64,000 bases of DNA from Candidatus Poribacteria bacterium (GCA_964291315.2 OZ219753.1:1952001-2016000), one strand, 5' to 3'; counted from the first letter of the stretch, positions 39,652 to 50,218 are shown. The notes: generated by a model not told the origin, from the letters alone. Program-made: numbers and translations.

Positions 39652-41952
39652 ATGCGTTTCATTGCTGTGATCGTCTTTTTAATCGCTGTCGCTATTACTG
39701 TTGGATGGTTTGCTGTCCAAAACCTTGATAATTTTGGACAGAGCGGCGTGATGCGGATATTAGGCTCTGTGATGCTCGTGTTGATTGCTATCCTCGCAGC
39801 GTTCATTGCTATGGTGGTCCGCTACCGGATACCTAAAGCCGATGTCGCACTCGTGCGAACAGGAGGCTCTAAAGAAAAAATCAGTATCACCGGAGGACTC
39901 TGGGTTAACACTATTATCCATGAGATTAAGGAAATCTCTCTCAACACCATACGCATTGAAGTCATCCGTGAGGGACCAGAAGCCTTAATTACCTATGACT
40001 TCAACCGCGGCGACGTAGAAGTTGTATTTTATCTTAAAGTTGAACCCAATCAGACCGATATCTTGCGGGCAGCGCAAGCACTAGGTGATAAATCCATGAC
40101 ACCAGAAACCGTGCGTGAGCTGATCGAACCTAAGCTCGAAGGAGCTTTGCGGAGTGTCGCCGCAGAAAGCGAAATCCAAGAGCTCCTCCAAAAACGCCAA
40201 GAATTCGCTGACAAAGTTCAAAGCGCTTGTGGTGAAGACTTAGAGATCCAAAACGGACTGACCCTTGAAACTGTCTCCGTTATCCGCGTAGACCAAACAC
40301 CTGTTGAGACACTAGACGCTGAAAACCGTTTCGATGCAGTCGGTATTCGGGAAATCACTGAAATTACAGCCGATCAAGAACGAGAAAAAGAACGTATAGT
40401 CTTGGAAAAAGAGGTCGCTATCGTCCAAATCGAGGTCGACGCACGTATTCAGAAACTCGAGGCAGAACAACAACAGGCCTGGGCCGAATCTGACCAGCAG
40501 AAAAATATCGCTATTTACGCCGCTGAACGAGAAGCCGAAACTCTCAAGTTCCAATTTGAAATGGAACAAGGGGTACAAGAGCGCGAATACGAAATGAAGC
40601 AAGAAGTCGAACGAGCCCGTATTACCCAAGAACAGATCGTCGAAGAACGTGAAATTGAAATGAATCGCGACATCCAAGTCGCCCGCGTCCAACAAGAGCA
40701 AATTGTCGCTGAACGAGAGATTGAGAAGAACCTTATCGTAGAAACACAACAGATTGAACAGTCCAGAGTTGTACAACTCGCCGAAATCCAGCAGCATCTT
40801 ACTGTCCAGATCCAGAAGATACAACAAGAACAAACAATTGCTGTCCGCGACATAGAGAAGGAATTGGAAGTTGAAAAAGCCCGTATTTCCCAAGAAGAAG
40901 GAGTCTCTTTACGAGATATCGAACGAGACTTGATAGTGCAGACAACGCGCTTTGGTCAAGAACAACAAGTGCAACAACGCGAGATTGAAAAAAATCTCGT
41001 CGTCGAAACCGCACAGATCGACCAAATGCGACAGGTCGAACTTGCAGAAATCGCTAAAACTTTGACAGTCGAACAATCACGGATTGCCCAAGAACAACTC
41101 GTAGCTGTCCGAGATATAGAGAAGGAATTGGAAGTTGAAAAAGCCCGTATTTCCCAAGAAGAAGGAGTCTCTTTACGAGATATCGAACGAGACCTGATAG
41201 TGCAGACAACGCGCTTTGGTCAAGAACAACAAGTGCAACAACGCGAGATTGAAAAAAATCTCGTCGTCGAAACCGCACAGATCGACCAAATGCGACAGGT
41301 CGAACTCGCAGAAATCGCTAAAACTTTGACAGTCGAACAATCACGGATCAATCAGGAATTACAAGTTGCCTTAGTCGATGAGGATCGAAAAATTGATGTT
41401 GCCAATAAACAACAAATGACCGCTTTCGCCGAGAAAGAGCAGCTGGTAGCTGAATCTGAACGTATGGGAGCAGAAGTGAACGTGACCGCCACAGAACAAG
41501 TAAAAGAGGCGGAGTGGCAGCGTGAAGTCGCTATTATCGGCGCCGAGGCGCAAGCACAACCAATTGAACGCCTCGCTGATGCTGTGCTCGCCGAAGCGCG
41601 AGCAAAAGCACAAGGTGAAATGGCGGAATACGAAGCCCGAAATGTTGCTGAACAGCGTGTCCTCGTGCAAGAAGCCATTATGGAACTCATCAATGAGTTC
41701 CCTGATATTGCCGAACAATTGATGCGACCTGTAGAAAAAATTGATAGCATCAAAATCTTGGATATGGGAAACAATGACGGCTCGCGCGGCATTAACCGAA
41801 GCAATATGGGGAAACTCGCAAACGCCTTACTTGATACCGGCGCCATCTCTCCAATGCTTAAAGAACTCTTTAATTTCGCTGATGTTGATGCCCAGCAAAT
41901 TACTGATAAAATTGCTGAGTATCTGGCAGATCTTGTTAATCGCCCAAGTTGA
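39652..41952 (+). CDS. Flotillin/SPFH family protein with expanded coiled coil
   Basis: Two N-terminal TMs; ALVRTG, AAQALG, ALRSVAA, NGLTLETVS and NRFDAVG motifs; C-terminal PVEKIDSIKIL; AGGAG RBS. Confidence 0.92.
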   Translation: MRFIAVIVFLIAVAITVGWFAVQNLDNFGQSGVMRILGSVMLVLIAILAAFIAMVVRYRIPKADVALVRTGGSKEKISITGGLWVNTIIHEIKEISLNTIRIEVIREGPEALITYDFNRGDVEVVFYLKVEPNQTDILRAAQALGDKSMTPETVRELIEPKLEGALRSVAAESEIQELLQKRQEFADKVQSACGEDLEIQNGLTLETVSVIRVDQTPVETLDAENRFDAVGIREITEITADQEREKERIVLEKEVAIVQIEVDARIQKLEAEQQQAWAESDQQKNIAIYAAEREAETLKFQFEMEQGVQEREYEMKQEVERARITQEQIVEEREIEMNRDIQVARVQQEQIVAEREIEKNLIVETQQIEQSRVVQLAEIQQHLTVQIQKIQQEQTIAVRDIEKELEVEKARISQEEGVSLRDIERDLIVQTTRFGQEQQVQQREIEKNLVVETAQIDQMRQVELAEIAKTLTVEQSRIAQEQLVAVRDIEKELEVEKARISQEEGVSLRDIERDLIVQTTRFGQEQQVQQREIEKNLVVETAQIDQMRQVELAEIAKTLTVEQSRINQELQVALVDEDRKIDVANKQQMTAFAEKEQLVAESERMGAEVNVTATEQVKEAEWQREVAIIGAEAQAQPIERLADAVLAEARAKAQGEMAEYEARNVAEQRVLVQEAIMELINEFPDIAEQLMRPVEKIDSIKILDMGNNDGSRGINRSNMGKLANALLDTGAISPMLKELFNFADVDAQQITDKIAEYLADLVNRPS
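40840..41348 (+). repeat. Near-identical 264-bp (88-aa) period duplication in the flotillin coiled coil
   Basis: 40840-41084 matches 41104-41348 with only a few substitutions. Confidence 0.93.
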
Positions 41953-42024
41953 TTTTCATTCACAGCTCCGAATAAACGCTCCGTGGCGTGATTTCCAGTT
42001 TGGTATTTCTCACGGAAAGAAAAT

Positions 42025-43329
42025 ATGCACTACCAGAAACCGCAGACTTCAAAAAGGCGACTCAGACGCCAGCGATGTCGCACCTGCAGATCTGATAACG
42101 GAAAGCGCATCTGTCCCGCACTTAACGGTATTCTGATTTGTCCGGAGTGTTGTAGAGCCAAAAGAGCAAAGATTCCCGGATGCGACGAAAAATGTCGCTA
42201 TTACTCGCCTCTTATAGTATCAGGCGAGACCCACCGACCTCCCGACTTCCCAATACACCGCTGTCTTGTAAGCCGTTCTAAAGACACCGGCATGGTGATT
42301 GTGGTCGGCACCCGCAAACGCCCAGATGGAAATTTGAAGGCGATGTTTGTTCTCCTTGATTTGTGGAAAAAGGGGATACGAGACTGTTTTTTTGACGCCA
42401 ATCTTTCTGAAAAACAATTTGAACGCGTTTCACAAAAGATCGCAAAGCGCTATAATCTCATAGAACCGATGGACCCCGCAGACGCAGATGAACCCGAAGA
42501 ACTAGTCCGTCTGCCGAAAGATACACTTGTTATTGAAGCAGACGACGCCATTCACTTAGATAAGGGGGTAAGAATTGTGGAGCATGAAGACGCTTCTGAA
42601 GGGCGCGCCATCAACAGTATGCATGGTGCACGGGCAATCCATGAAATTTACATCCCAAAAACAGGCAATTGGTACGTCTGGCTTCGTGTCCTCTTCGGAA
42701 AAGGAGACGACTCTTATTGGATTGGTATAGACGACACAATCGCCTATCCTTGGGACCGAGGCGGCGGTACAGGAGCAATAAGAATTTGTCCAGAACCAGA
42801 CGATACGACGAAGTGGGGACGTTGGCTCTGGCACACCGGACTCGAAAGTGTAGTCAATAACAATCACAAATTGAGAACACGCCCAGCATTTTTCAAAGTT
42901 AAACACACAGGCTATCATCAGCTCTGGTCAAAGGGCAGAGAAGAAGGTTCACGCCTAGACCAAATTTTGCTCACCCGCTCCCGTAACTTCAACCCCGAGG
43001 TCGAGACCGATGGAAAATCAATCGGTGTTAGGCATTCACAGCAATTCTATGAGTCGGTTCCCCTTCAGGAATGTCAGAAACTCATCCGGCACGCGGCCGA
43101 AATCGCGACGATTGCCGGTACCGAATTACCGTGGGAATTTAAATACGCCCTTCACGATGTCTGGGGCAACATCACCCAGTTTCCACAGACCGAAGGCTCC
43201 CTCTACAAATGCCCTAAATGTGAAGCAGATCTGCCGCAACAAGCGGTGGACCTTATGATACAACATGCCCAATCGGATGATATCCAATTCTATATCTTAT
43301 GCCGGAAGTGCGGAGGCGAGTTTGATTAA
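42025..43329 (+). CDS. Hypothetical protein with terminal Cys clusters and a central jelly-roll/CBM-like domain
   Basis: N-terminal CRTC..CP...CPECC..C...C, C-terminal CPKC..CRKC, central EAD..ASEG..YVWLRV..DDS..W.W..RE.G..LDQILLT. Confidence 0.65.
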   Translation: MHYQKPQTSKRRLRRQRCRTCRSDNGKRICPALNGILICPECCRAKRAKIPGCDEKCRYYSPLIVSGETHRPPDFPIHRCLVSRSKDTGMVIVVGTRKRPDGNLKAMFVLLDLWKKGIRDCFFDANLSEKQFERVSQKIAKRYNLIEPMDPADADEPEELVRLPKDTLVIEADDAIHLDKGVRIVEHEDASEGRAINSMHGARAIHEIYIPKTGNWYVWLRVLFGKGDDSYWIGIDDTIAYPWDRGGGTGAIRICPEPDDTTKWGRWLWHTGLESVVNNNHKLRTRPAFFKVKHTGYHQLWSKGREEGSRLDQILLTRSRNFNPEVETDGKSIGVRHSQQFYESVPLQECQKLIRHAAEIATIAGTELPWEFKYALHDVWGNITQFPQTEGSLYKCPKCEADLPQQAVDLMIQHAQSDDIQFYILCRKCGGEFD

Positions 43330-43372
43330 GCCTCCAAGGTCACCCTTCTGCATCTTCTTCCAATTCGCATCA

Positions 43373-45475
43373 ATGAGGATCTTCCAAACTCTGATTGCCT
43401 ACGCTACCTTCATTGTTCTATTCTCCTCGTCAAGTATAGCGGCACCTCCAAACCCCTATCTCTATTTCGAGGAAGATTCAGCAAGTGGAGAGTTGATCCC
43501 TAAAACACCTCAAAGTAGAGCAGAGTTTTTTGAGGCACTTGACGGATGCTGCCTTGCCAACGAGCAAGCAGTTTTACAACCTGACGGCATAGAATATGTC
43601 CTTGCACTAAAAGTGGATTTTCCTGATATGCCCGGACGTAGAGAAGGAGCAGCATTCGATAGATACCTCTTCGCTACAAAAGGCGTATCTATGAAAACCT
43701 ACTATCTCGAAAATTCTTACGGACAAATGGATATACAGCCGGGTCCAATGGAAGGCGTTGTTCCAGCTCACAATAGGTGGGTTCGCGCAAAAAAACCGAT
43801 CGCATATTACGGGGAAGGACTCAGAATCCAAGAGCGGTACCGTGAGTTAGTCAGAGAAACATGTGAAGCAGTGGATTCGATCGTCGATTTCTCGCAATAT
43901 GATCGAGATAACGACGGGGTTGTCGACCATGTTTTCCTAATTCATGCTGGCAATAATCAGGCCGTCTCTGGCGTTACTGACGATATCTGGTCGATTCTAA
44001 CAAAGGGAGTCAACGGCTTTTACGACGGAGTCCGCGTGGATACTGCCGCAGTCGTTGCAGAGGAACCTGATCTTGAGCATCCACATTTGGGAATCTACTT
44101 TCACGAATTTTTCCACGACTTCGGGGCACCCGACGTTTACGGACTTAGTTTCACAGACGCTCGAGACCACAAATGGGGGTTGATGAGCCAATTCGGCCCC
44201 TATCAAGGCCCAGGAGGTTTGGGGATTAGACCAAGTCACATTATAGGATACCTCAAATGGGATTTCGATGCCAGACCCCAAAATGGACGCCTCGGCTGGA
44301 TTCAACCTGTCGAGATAACACAGAACCAGAAAATTGACGTGCCAAGCTTTGAAATTGCCCCTGGAACCAATAAACTTTTCAAAATTGATATTCGTTCATC
44401 ATCACCGCCTCTTCGAGGCGAAGCCACAGAATTCTTTCTCATAGAAAATCGGAACAAAACCTCAGGAGCAACCTTTGATACCCACCTACCTGAATCAGGT
44501 ATACTTATCTGGCACATCGACGAAACAAACCCTTACCCGCTCGGGAGTATCGATGCTTCTCAACAAATATGGCTCGAAGATCCAACAGACCCAGACCATC
44601 TCGGTATTAATCAACAAGGGGATGATGCCTTTATAGACTTGCACGCGATTACCGAAGGGGCCGCTTATTCTGCAGATGATGAACAGACAGCCTTCACACC
44701 GGGGACGCTTCCAAATAGCAATGCTAACGACGGCTCCATTACAGGTATCTCTATCACTAACATCGGGGCAGAAGGATTGACAATTCCAATTTGGGTCTTT
44801 TTCGGTGATACGTACGAGCCAAACGATATGCTTTCAACCGCGTTCCCGATCACATACGGGGCAACCTACGAATCTTTCCTGTTTAGTTCGACGGATACAC
44901 GCGACGTATACAAACTCGAAGCCATCAGGGGCATTACTATTTTGGTGACGCTCGCTGACATCCCTCCGAACAAAAATTATCGATTATCCCTCCATACCAC
45001 AACAGGCAAGACAAATGCCATAGCGGAAAACGCTACCAACATCGCTGGATTGAGATTGCTCTATCAACCTGATACTACAGGAACATTCTATCTCGTTGTA
45101 GAATCAGATGGAAGTTTCAGTAGTGTTGATTCTTACCGACTCCGTGTAGAACAACTCCAAGCTGAAGCTCTCACCATTAAAGATATACGGGTCTATCCAA
45201 ATCCAATCCGTTCAGGCGAGGATGTAGTAACTTTTGACTATCGTTTGTCTGCTTCCCAAGTAGCAGATAACGTCAACCTTGAAATTTTTATCCCCACAGG
45301 CAACCTCGTTTACAGCGAGACGCAAGCAAATGTAGCCGCACAAGGGAAGTTTGAATGGCGCGCCACAACCCACACCGGTACACCTCTTGCTTCAGGCATC
45401 TATATATACCGTATTTCGGCCAAACAAGTGGGGCGCATGGTTCAAGAAATTGGAAAGTTAAGTGTTCTGAAATGA
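43373..45475 (+). CDS. Secreted M6 (immune inhibitor A-like) metalloprotease with PPC-like and FlgD/T9SS-like C-terminal domains
   Basis: Signal peptide; YYLENSYG, DFSQYD.D.DG.VD, HEFFH.FG.PD.Y, EFFLIENR and GILIWHID; C-terminal YPNP...ASGIYIYRI. Confidence 0.9.
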   Translation: MRIFQTLIAYATFIVLFSSSSIAAPPNPYLYFEEDSASGELIPKTPQSRAEFFEALDGCCLANEQAVLQPDGIEYVLALKVDFPDMPGRREGAAFDRYLFATKGVSMKTYYLENSYGQMDIQPGPMEGVVPAHNRWVRAKKPIAYYGEGLRIQERYRELVRETCEAVDSIVDFSQYDRDNDGVVDHVFLIHAGNNQAVSGVTDDIWSILTKGVNGFYDGVRVDTAAVVAEEPDLEHPHLGIYFHEFFHDFGAPDVYGLSFTDARDHKWGLMSQFGPYQGPGGLGIRPSHIIGYLKWDFDARPQNGRLGWIQPVEITQNQKIDVPSFEIAPGTNKLFKIDIRSSSPPLRGEATEFFLIENRNKTSGATFDTHLPESGILIWHIDETNPYPLGSIDASQQIWLEDPTDPDHLGINQQGDDAFIDLHAITEGAAYSADDEQTAFTPGTLPNSNANDGSITGISITNIGAEGLTIPIWVFFGDTYEPNDMLSTAFPITYGATYESFLFSSTDTRDVYKLEAIRGITILVTLADIPPNKNYRLSLHTTTGKTNAIAENATNIAGLRLLYQPDTTGTFYLVVESDGSFSSVDSYRLRVEQLQAEALTIKDIRVYPNPIRSGEDVVTFDYRLSASQVADNVNLEIFIPTGNLVYSETQANVAAQGKFEWRATTHTGTPLASGIYIYRISAKQVGRMVQEIGKLSVLK

Positions 45476-45693
45476 ACGTCACAAATTCTTCACATATATT
45501 TCTTGACTAAAAATTGCAGTTATGCTATTTTAAAAAATAGAACCTGCTTTAGGCATATCCTTTGTATCTTACTTTGACGTGCCTGCAATTGCCGTAGGGG
45601 ATTCGCATGATCATAATTGGAAAGACTACACGGTAGAAAACGAAATATAAACCTGTCATTTATAAAATGGCAACCAAGGAGGCAATATTATCA

Positions 45694-46746
45694 ATGAAAT
45701 GGATGAATAAATTCACAACACTCAATCTCCTCTTGCTATTCGCGCTAGCGTTTAGCGTTGCTGGATGCGGAACAGCACTTAGCAACTTGGCACCGATCCG
45801 CCCCCTCCATAACATAGCGGATGCCATAGCCGAACAAAACGCAAACCCGAATGAAGAGGTGGTCGTCCCTGCTGTTCCCTCACAGGCTGTCGCTAAGCCG
45901 GTACTAGACAAGTATGGCCTGGAAACAGTCGGGTTCTGGGTTGGGAAAGCACGTAATACCAACCTGGAGGCGGTAACCTACGTTTTGGCATTTGACGAAT
46001 ACGCACACGCTAGTGACCAATGGGATAGTTTCCTTAACGAATGGACAGAAACCCAAGCCCAAATCGAAGCAGGAACCGGTGAAGATAGGAAGATTGTTGA
46101 CGTCGTTATGATGTCTGATCAACCAAAACTGTTTGACGTGCAGGCCAGACAACCGATCTTGACAAAAACAGTGGACGGCATTACTGTTTCTATCGCATAT
46201 TGGAGGCGAGCAGATCTCGACCGGAAGTACAATCGCGGAAATGCTTTCTCGCCCTTTTACGAAACTGAAGCACTCCACCAAGGCGACAAAACCGATGTGT
46301 TTTATGTCAAAATTACTAACAATAGGGAGCACCACATCGTTTTTGATGTCAAAAAATGCCGCGTCATCGACCAAGGTGAAAATCTCTATAACGGAATGAG
46401 CTATGATGACTTAGAGGAACGTTTCACGTACATGGCACGCGCCACAGGACTCTATGTGAAAAATGGGCTCGAAACCGCGCGACGAATCTTAATGGAGAAA
46501 CGAATGCCTATCGTGGAAAAACAGGTGGGCGCACGCCGAACAGGTATCCAACCCGGTGAAAGCGCTGAAGGCTTCGTACCATTCACCCAAACAAAGCCGG
46601 CCGCTCTTGAATTGAAAGTTATCCTACCGATTGAGAAGGCACCGCCCCCAGGAGGCGCACAGCGCTATCAAACAGTAGAATTTGAATTTCCTTTTACGCA
46701 TGATAGAGGGATCCGAGTCGCACAACCATCCCCGAAGCGGTATTAA
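45694..46746 (+). CDS. Hypothetical lipoprotein
   Basis: Lipobox SVAG-C after a hydrophobic stretch; AGGAGG RBS; TTGACT-17-TATTTT promoter-like site at 45504-45532. Confidence 0.75.
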   Translation: MKWMNKFTTLNLLLLFALAFSVAGCGTALSNLAPIRPLHNIADAIAEQNANPNEEVVVPAVPSQAVAKPVLDKYGLETVGFWVGKARNTNLEAVTYVLAFDEYAHASDQWDSFLNEWTETQAQIEAGTGEDRKIVDVVMMSDQPKLFDVQARQPILTKTVDGITVSIAYWRRADLDRKYNRGNAFSPFYETEALHQGDKTDVFYVKITNNREHHIVFDVKKCRVIDQGENLYNGMSYDDLEERFTYMARATGLYVKNGLETARRILMEKRMPIVEKQVGARRTGIQPGESAEGFVPFTQTKPAALELKVILPIEKAPPPGGAQRYQTVEFEFPFTHDRGIRVAQPSPKRY

Positions 46747-46787
46747 ATCCCTGAGATAAATCGTGCTACATGTCATATCCACATCTT

Positions 46788-46822
46788 AGGCTGTCTACGG
46801 CACACTATGCCGCAGACAGCCT
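46788..46822. terminator. Inverted repeat between convergent genes
   Basis: AGGCTGTCT-A-CGGCA-CACTA-TGCCG-C-AGACAGCCT, 15-bp stem with one mismatch. Confidence 0.6.
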
Positions 46823-48787
46823 TTAGTCTTCCACAATCTCACAGTCTGGGAGCGAATCCAAAAACTGCTTTCCATAATTTCGCGTTCTAATTCGCGGATC
46901 AAGAATAACGACAATACCCTTGTCCGTTTGTGTTCGGATGAGCCGACCAAACCCTTGTTTTAAGCGGAGTATCGCCTCCGGCAAATTAAATTCAAAAAAT
47001 TCGTTACCGCCTCTCTCCTTAACCTGTTTCACACGCGCCTCCATTACCGGATGTGTCGGTACCTCGAACGGAAGTCTTGTGATAATAACGTTGCTGAGTG
47101 CTTCACCCCGGACATCAACTCCCTCCCAAAAACTAGAGGTCCCAAACAGAACCGAATCAGTATTCTCACGAAACGCTTGAAGCATATCTGTCCGTGAAAG
47201 CTCCCCTCCTTGTTTGAAAGTATCTATACCGAGTGTCTCAAGATAAGGAGAAATAGCATCGTACACCTCATCCATCATTTTGTAACTCGTGAACAAGACA
47301 AACGCCTTACCGTGAGTCAATTTCAAGTAGTGTCTGATTTTTCGAATCGCTGCAGGGACAAATTCACGACTATTTGGATCCGGCATGTGCCGCGGGATGT
47401 GAATCTGTACCTGCCTCTTGAAATCGAAAGGTGAGTGCACAAGCAATTCACGACATATGTTTATTCCTATCCGTTTTTTAAAGTAAGCAAAGTTGCAATT
47501 TGTGGAGAGCGTAGCACTCGTCATCACAACACTGTCTTTTAATTCGAAAAGATGATCCTCCAGCACCTGATTTACGTTCACCGGGGTCGCATTTAATAGA
47601 ACCCGCGCAGTTCGTCCCCGTGCAGATATTTCAACCCAATAGACGTAGTCTGGGACATCCTGGCGGATTATCATATCTAACTCGTCGCTCAGACGTGCAC
47701 AATAGCTGCTATGTGCAGCAATTTCTTGCTCATCGTCCTCCGTTGAAGCATCGTCATGCAGACGTTTCAACGTCTGTTGAATATCCGCAAGCGGCGCGTC
47801 CAGCACATTTTCAACAAAATTGCTTTGATGAATACGCTGTGTGAGGGTAAAACCACCCCCTTCCCTATCAGAACCTTGCACAACATCCGTAATCATCCGA
47901 AAAAGAATATTAGACTGCGCGCGAGCTTCTTCAACCTCACTTTTCAATTGTTGCGAATCGAAGAGTTTCGCTACATTGAAAAGCGAATTGAGAAGCCAAT
48001 TGACGCGCGTACTACTGAAGTTAATAGTCGCATGGGTAGTTGCTATCGCTTCCAAATGGTGTGCTTCATCGATAATAAGGTGATCATAATCGGGTAAGAG
48101 CCCTGCCGCATTTCCGTTCTCTTTGCGAATAGCCAGATCACTAAAGAGAAGATGGTGATTTACAATTAGAAGGTCGGCAGCCTGCATCTCCCGTCGAACG
48201 TTGAAGTAGAAACAGGTATTATAAGTTTCACACTGCCGCCCAAGACAATTATCTCTGTCGGATGCCACCTTATCCCAAACCTGGGAGTTTGGCTGCCACG
48301 GCAGATCCGCTGTGCTGCCATCTACTGTCCAATTGACCCACTCCTCAATTTCAGCAACTTCTTCAACTTCTTCTAACGTATCAAACAAACCTTGTTCATA
48401 ATTAAGCAGATTCTTCAGACGTCTCCGCGATAAATAATTACGGCGTCCCTTGGCAAGTACCATACTGAAATCGCGTGGAAGTATACGTCGCAGAAATGGA
48501 ATATCTTTTCTGACGAGCTGTTCTTGCAAGCTGATAGTATTCGTCGAAATAACGACTCTCTGATCCGCTTTAAGCGCAAAAGAAATCGCCGGTATGAGAT
48601 ATGCAAAGCTCTTACCCACACCCGTTCCAGCTTCAACGATCAGGTGTTCGGAATCTATGAACGCCCGAGCCACCTCATGTGCCATTTGCAACTGCTCATA
48701 GCGAAACTCATACCCATCAAGGTGTTCCGAGATGAGTCCGCCTGGACTAAAAATCTCTCTGAGGGTAAGAGGAGTTGATGATGTCAT
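46823..48787 (-). CDS. dinG: DinG/YoaA family ATP-dependent helicase
   Basis: R.EQ Q-motif, EAGTGVGKS, LQEQL, IDEAHH, TSATL, SFWEGVDV and KQGFGRLIR motifs. Confidence 0.93.
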   Translation of the reverse strand: MTSSTPLTLREIFSPGGLISEHLDGYEFRYEQLQMAHEVARAFIDSEHLIVEAGTGVGKSFAYLIPAISFALKADQRVVISTNTISLQEQLVRKDIPFLRRILPRDFSMVLAKGRRNYLSRRRLKNLLNYEQGLFDTLEEVEEVAEIEEWVNWTVDGSTADLPWQPNSQVWDKVASDRDNCLGRQCETYNTCFYFNVRREMQAADLLIVNHHLLFSDLAIRKENGNAAGLLPDYDHLIIDEAHHLEAIATTHATINFSSTRVNWLLNSLFNVAKLFDSQQLKSEVEEARAQSNILFRMITDVVQGSDREGGGFTLTQRIHQSNFVENVLDAPLADIQQTLKRLHDDASTEDDEQEIAAHSSYCARLSDELDMIIRQDVPDYVYWVEISARGRTARVLLNATPVNVNQVLEDHLFELKDSVVMTSATLSTNCNFAYFKKRIGINICRELLVHSPFDFKRQVQIHIPRHMPDPNSREFVPAAIRKIRHYLKLTHGKAFVLFTSYKMMDEVYDAISPYLETLGIDTFKQGGELSRTDMLQAFRENTDSVLFGTSSFWEGVDVRGEALSNVIITRLPFEVPTHPVMEARVKQVKERGGNEFFEFNLPEAILRLKQGFGRLIRTQTDKGIVVILDPRIRTRNYGKQFLDSLPDCEIVED

Positions 48788-48868
48788 ATCTTATCTTTCG
48801 CAGGGCATCGATTGCGCGCGAATCAGCTTCTGGTGAGAGCAATCGAAAATCAAACCGTGTCCAAGGCA

Positions 48869-50218
48869 TCACTCCGTTTGATCCTTTAGTTTCACTGCTA
48901 TCTTCTGTGTCCCGTGGCTACTTTTAAACTCAAGGGTGAATTCCTCAAGACCCTGTTGCATCTGTAGCAATGCTTCAAAATCCCGAGCACTCCTAACATT
49001 ATGTCCATTCGCCGCAATGATAAGCGCACCCCGTGGAATAGGACTATTTTCTCTGACCCTGTCGACGATAACGCCTCGATCCTCGCCAGTTAAATACGTA
49101 TATCTTTCAAAATCACCCTTCTCCAATTTCCTCACTGTTAGGCCAAGGCGCCTCCACGTCACTGAGTCAGTTTCAATCGGTCTGCCCGCTTGTAGAGCAG
49201 GCATTTCAGCTATTGTTACAGTAAATACCCGTTCTTGACCACCTCGGAGCACCGTAATTTTTGAATTCTTACCCACTTGTGATTCGGCAATCCACATTTT
49301 GAATTGGTTGACGCTGTCTGTTTTTCTACCATTATATCCAACGATGATGTCGTCTCTCTTGAGACCACCAAGGTGCGCAGGCATATTTTTTAAAACACTC
49401 CGAATCCGAATTCCGTGTGCTACTTCTTGCATACGAATACCAAGGAAACCACGAATGACTCTTCCATTCGCAATCAGTTGTGCCCCAATCTTTCTAACCA
49501 GATTACTGGGAATTGCAAAACCGGCACCGGCTCTGACCGCCCCTGTGGCAGGCGTGTCATCAGATCGCCGTATTAGCGCATTGATTCCAATAACTTCACC
49601 GCTAATATTGAGCAACGGGCCTCCACTGTTTCCAGTATTAATCCAAGCATCTGTCTGAATAAAATCTTGATACCGAATCATACCATATTCTGGAAGAATT
49701 ACACGTTCTTTCCCGCTTACAATGCCGGTCGTCACTGTGTGATTCAGTTGAAACGGATTGCCAATAGCAATTGCGAACTGCCCAACCTGCACCCGCTCTG
49801 AATCTGCTAATCGGAGAACCGGATATTCTCTCTTCGCCTCAATTTTTAAAACAGCAATATCGGTGTTCGGATCCGTTCCAACTAACTTTGCCTCAGATGT
49901 ACTGCCACCCAACAACCGGATTCTAATTGCTGTTGCATCCTTCACGACGTGATCGTTTGTGAGAACATAACCATCTCTCTGAAAGATGAATCCGGAACCT
50001 TCCTGTTGAAACCGCTTTCCATCGACCCAACGTTCAGCGCTTACACCAACAATCGCAGGTTTGCTCCGTTTCGCAATTCCAACAAACGCACTTTCGATTG
50101 AAGCCAATACCTCAATATCTGTTAGCTGGGTGGTCGCACGACTACAAGCAGAAATGATGAGACTCATGCCAATCAAAAAAACTATCAAATAAAAACTAGG
50201 ACGGATATTTCTTTTCAT
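48869..50218 (-). CDS. HtrA/DegP-family serine protease with two PDZ domains (possible lipoprotein)
   Basis: GSGF, TNDHVV, DIAVLK and QTDAWINTGNSGGPL motifs; GFLGI PDZ entry; IISAC lipobox-like signal. Confidence 0.93.
   Translation of the reverse strand: MKRNIRPSFYLIVFLIGMSLIISACSRATTQLTDIEVLASIESAFVGIAKRSKPAIVGVSAERWVDGKRFQQEGSGFIFQRDGYVLTNDHVVKDATAIRIRLLGGSTSEAKLVGTDPNTDIAVLKIEAKREYPVLRLADSERVQVGQFAIAIGNPFQLNHTVTTGIVSGKERVILPEYGMIRYQDFIQTDAWINTGNSGGPLLNISGEVIGINALIRRSDDTPATGAVRAGAGFAIPSNLVRKIGAQLIANGRVIRGFLGIRMQEVAHGIRIRSVLKNMPAHLGGLKRDDIIVGYNGRKTDSVNQFKMWIAESQVGKNSKITVLRGGQERVFTVTIAEMPALQAGRPIETDSVTWRRLGLTVRKLEKGDFERYTYLTGEDRGVIVDRVRENSPIPRGALIIAANGHNVRSARDFEALLQMQQGLEEFTLEFKSSHGTQKIAVKLKDQTE

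Noticed and set aside
46823-48787. DinG as a type IV CRISPR component
   Set aside because: About 39 kb from the cas operon, no csf genes, and it looks like a housekeeping DinG/YoaA.
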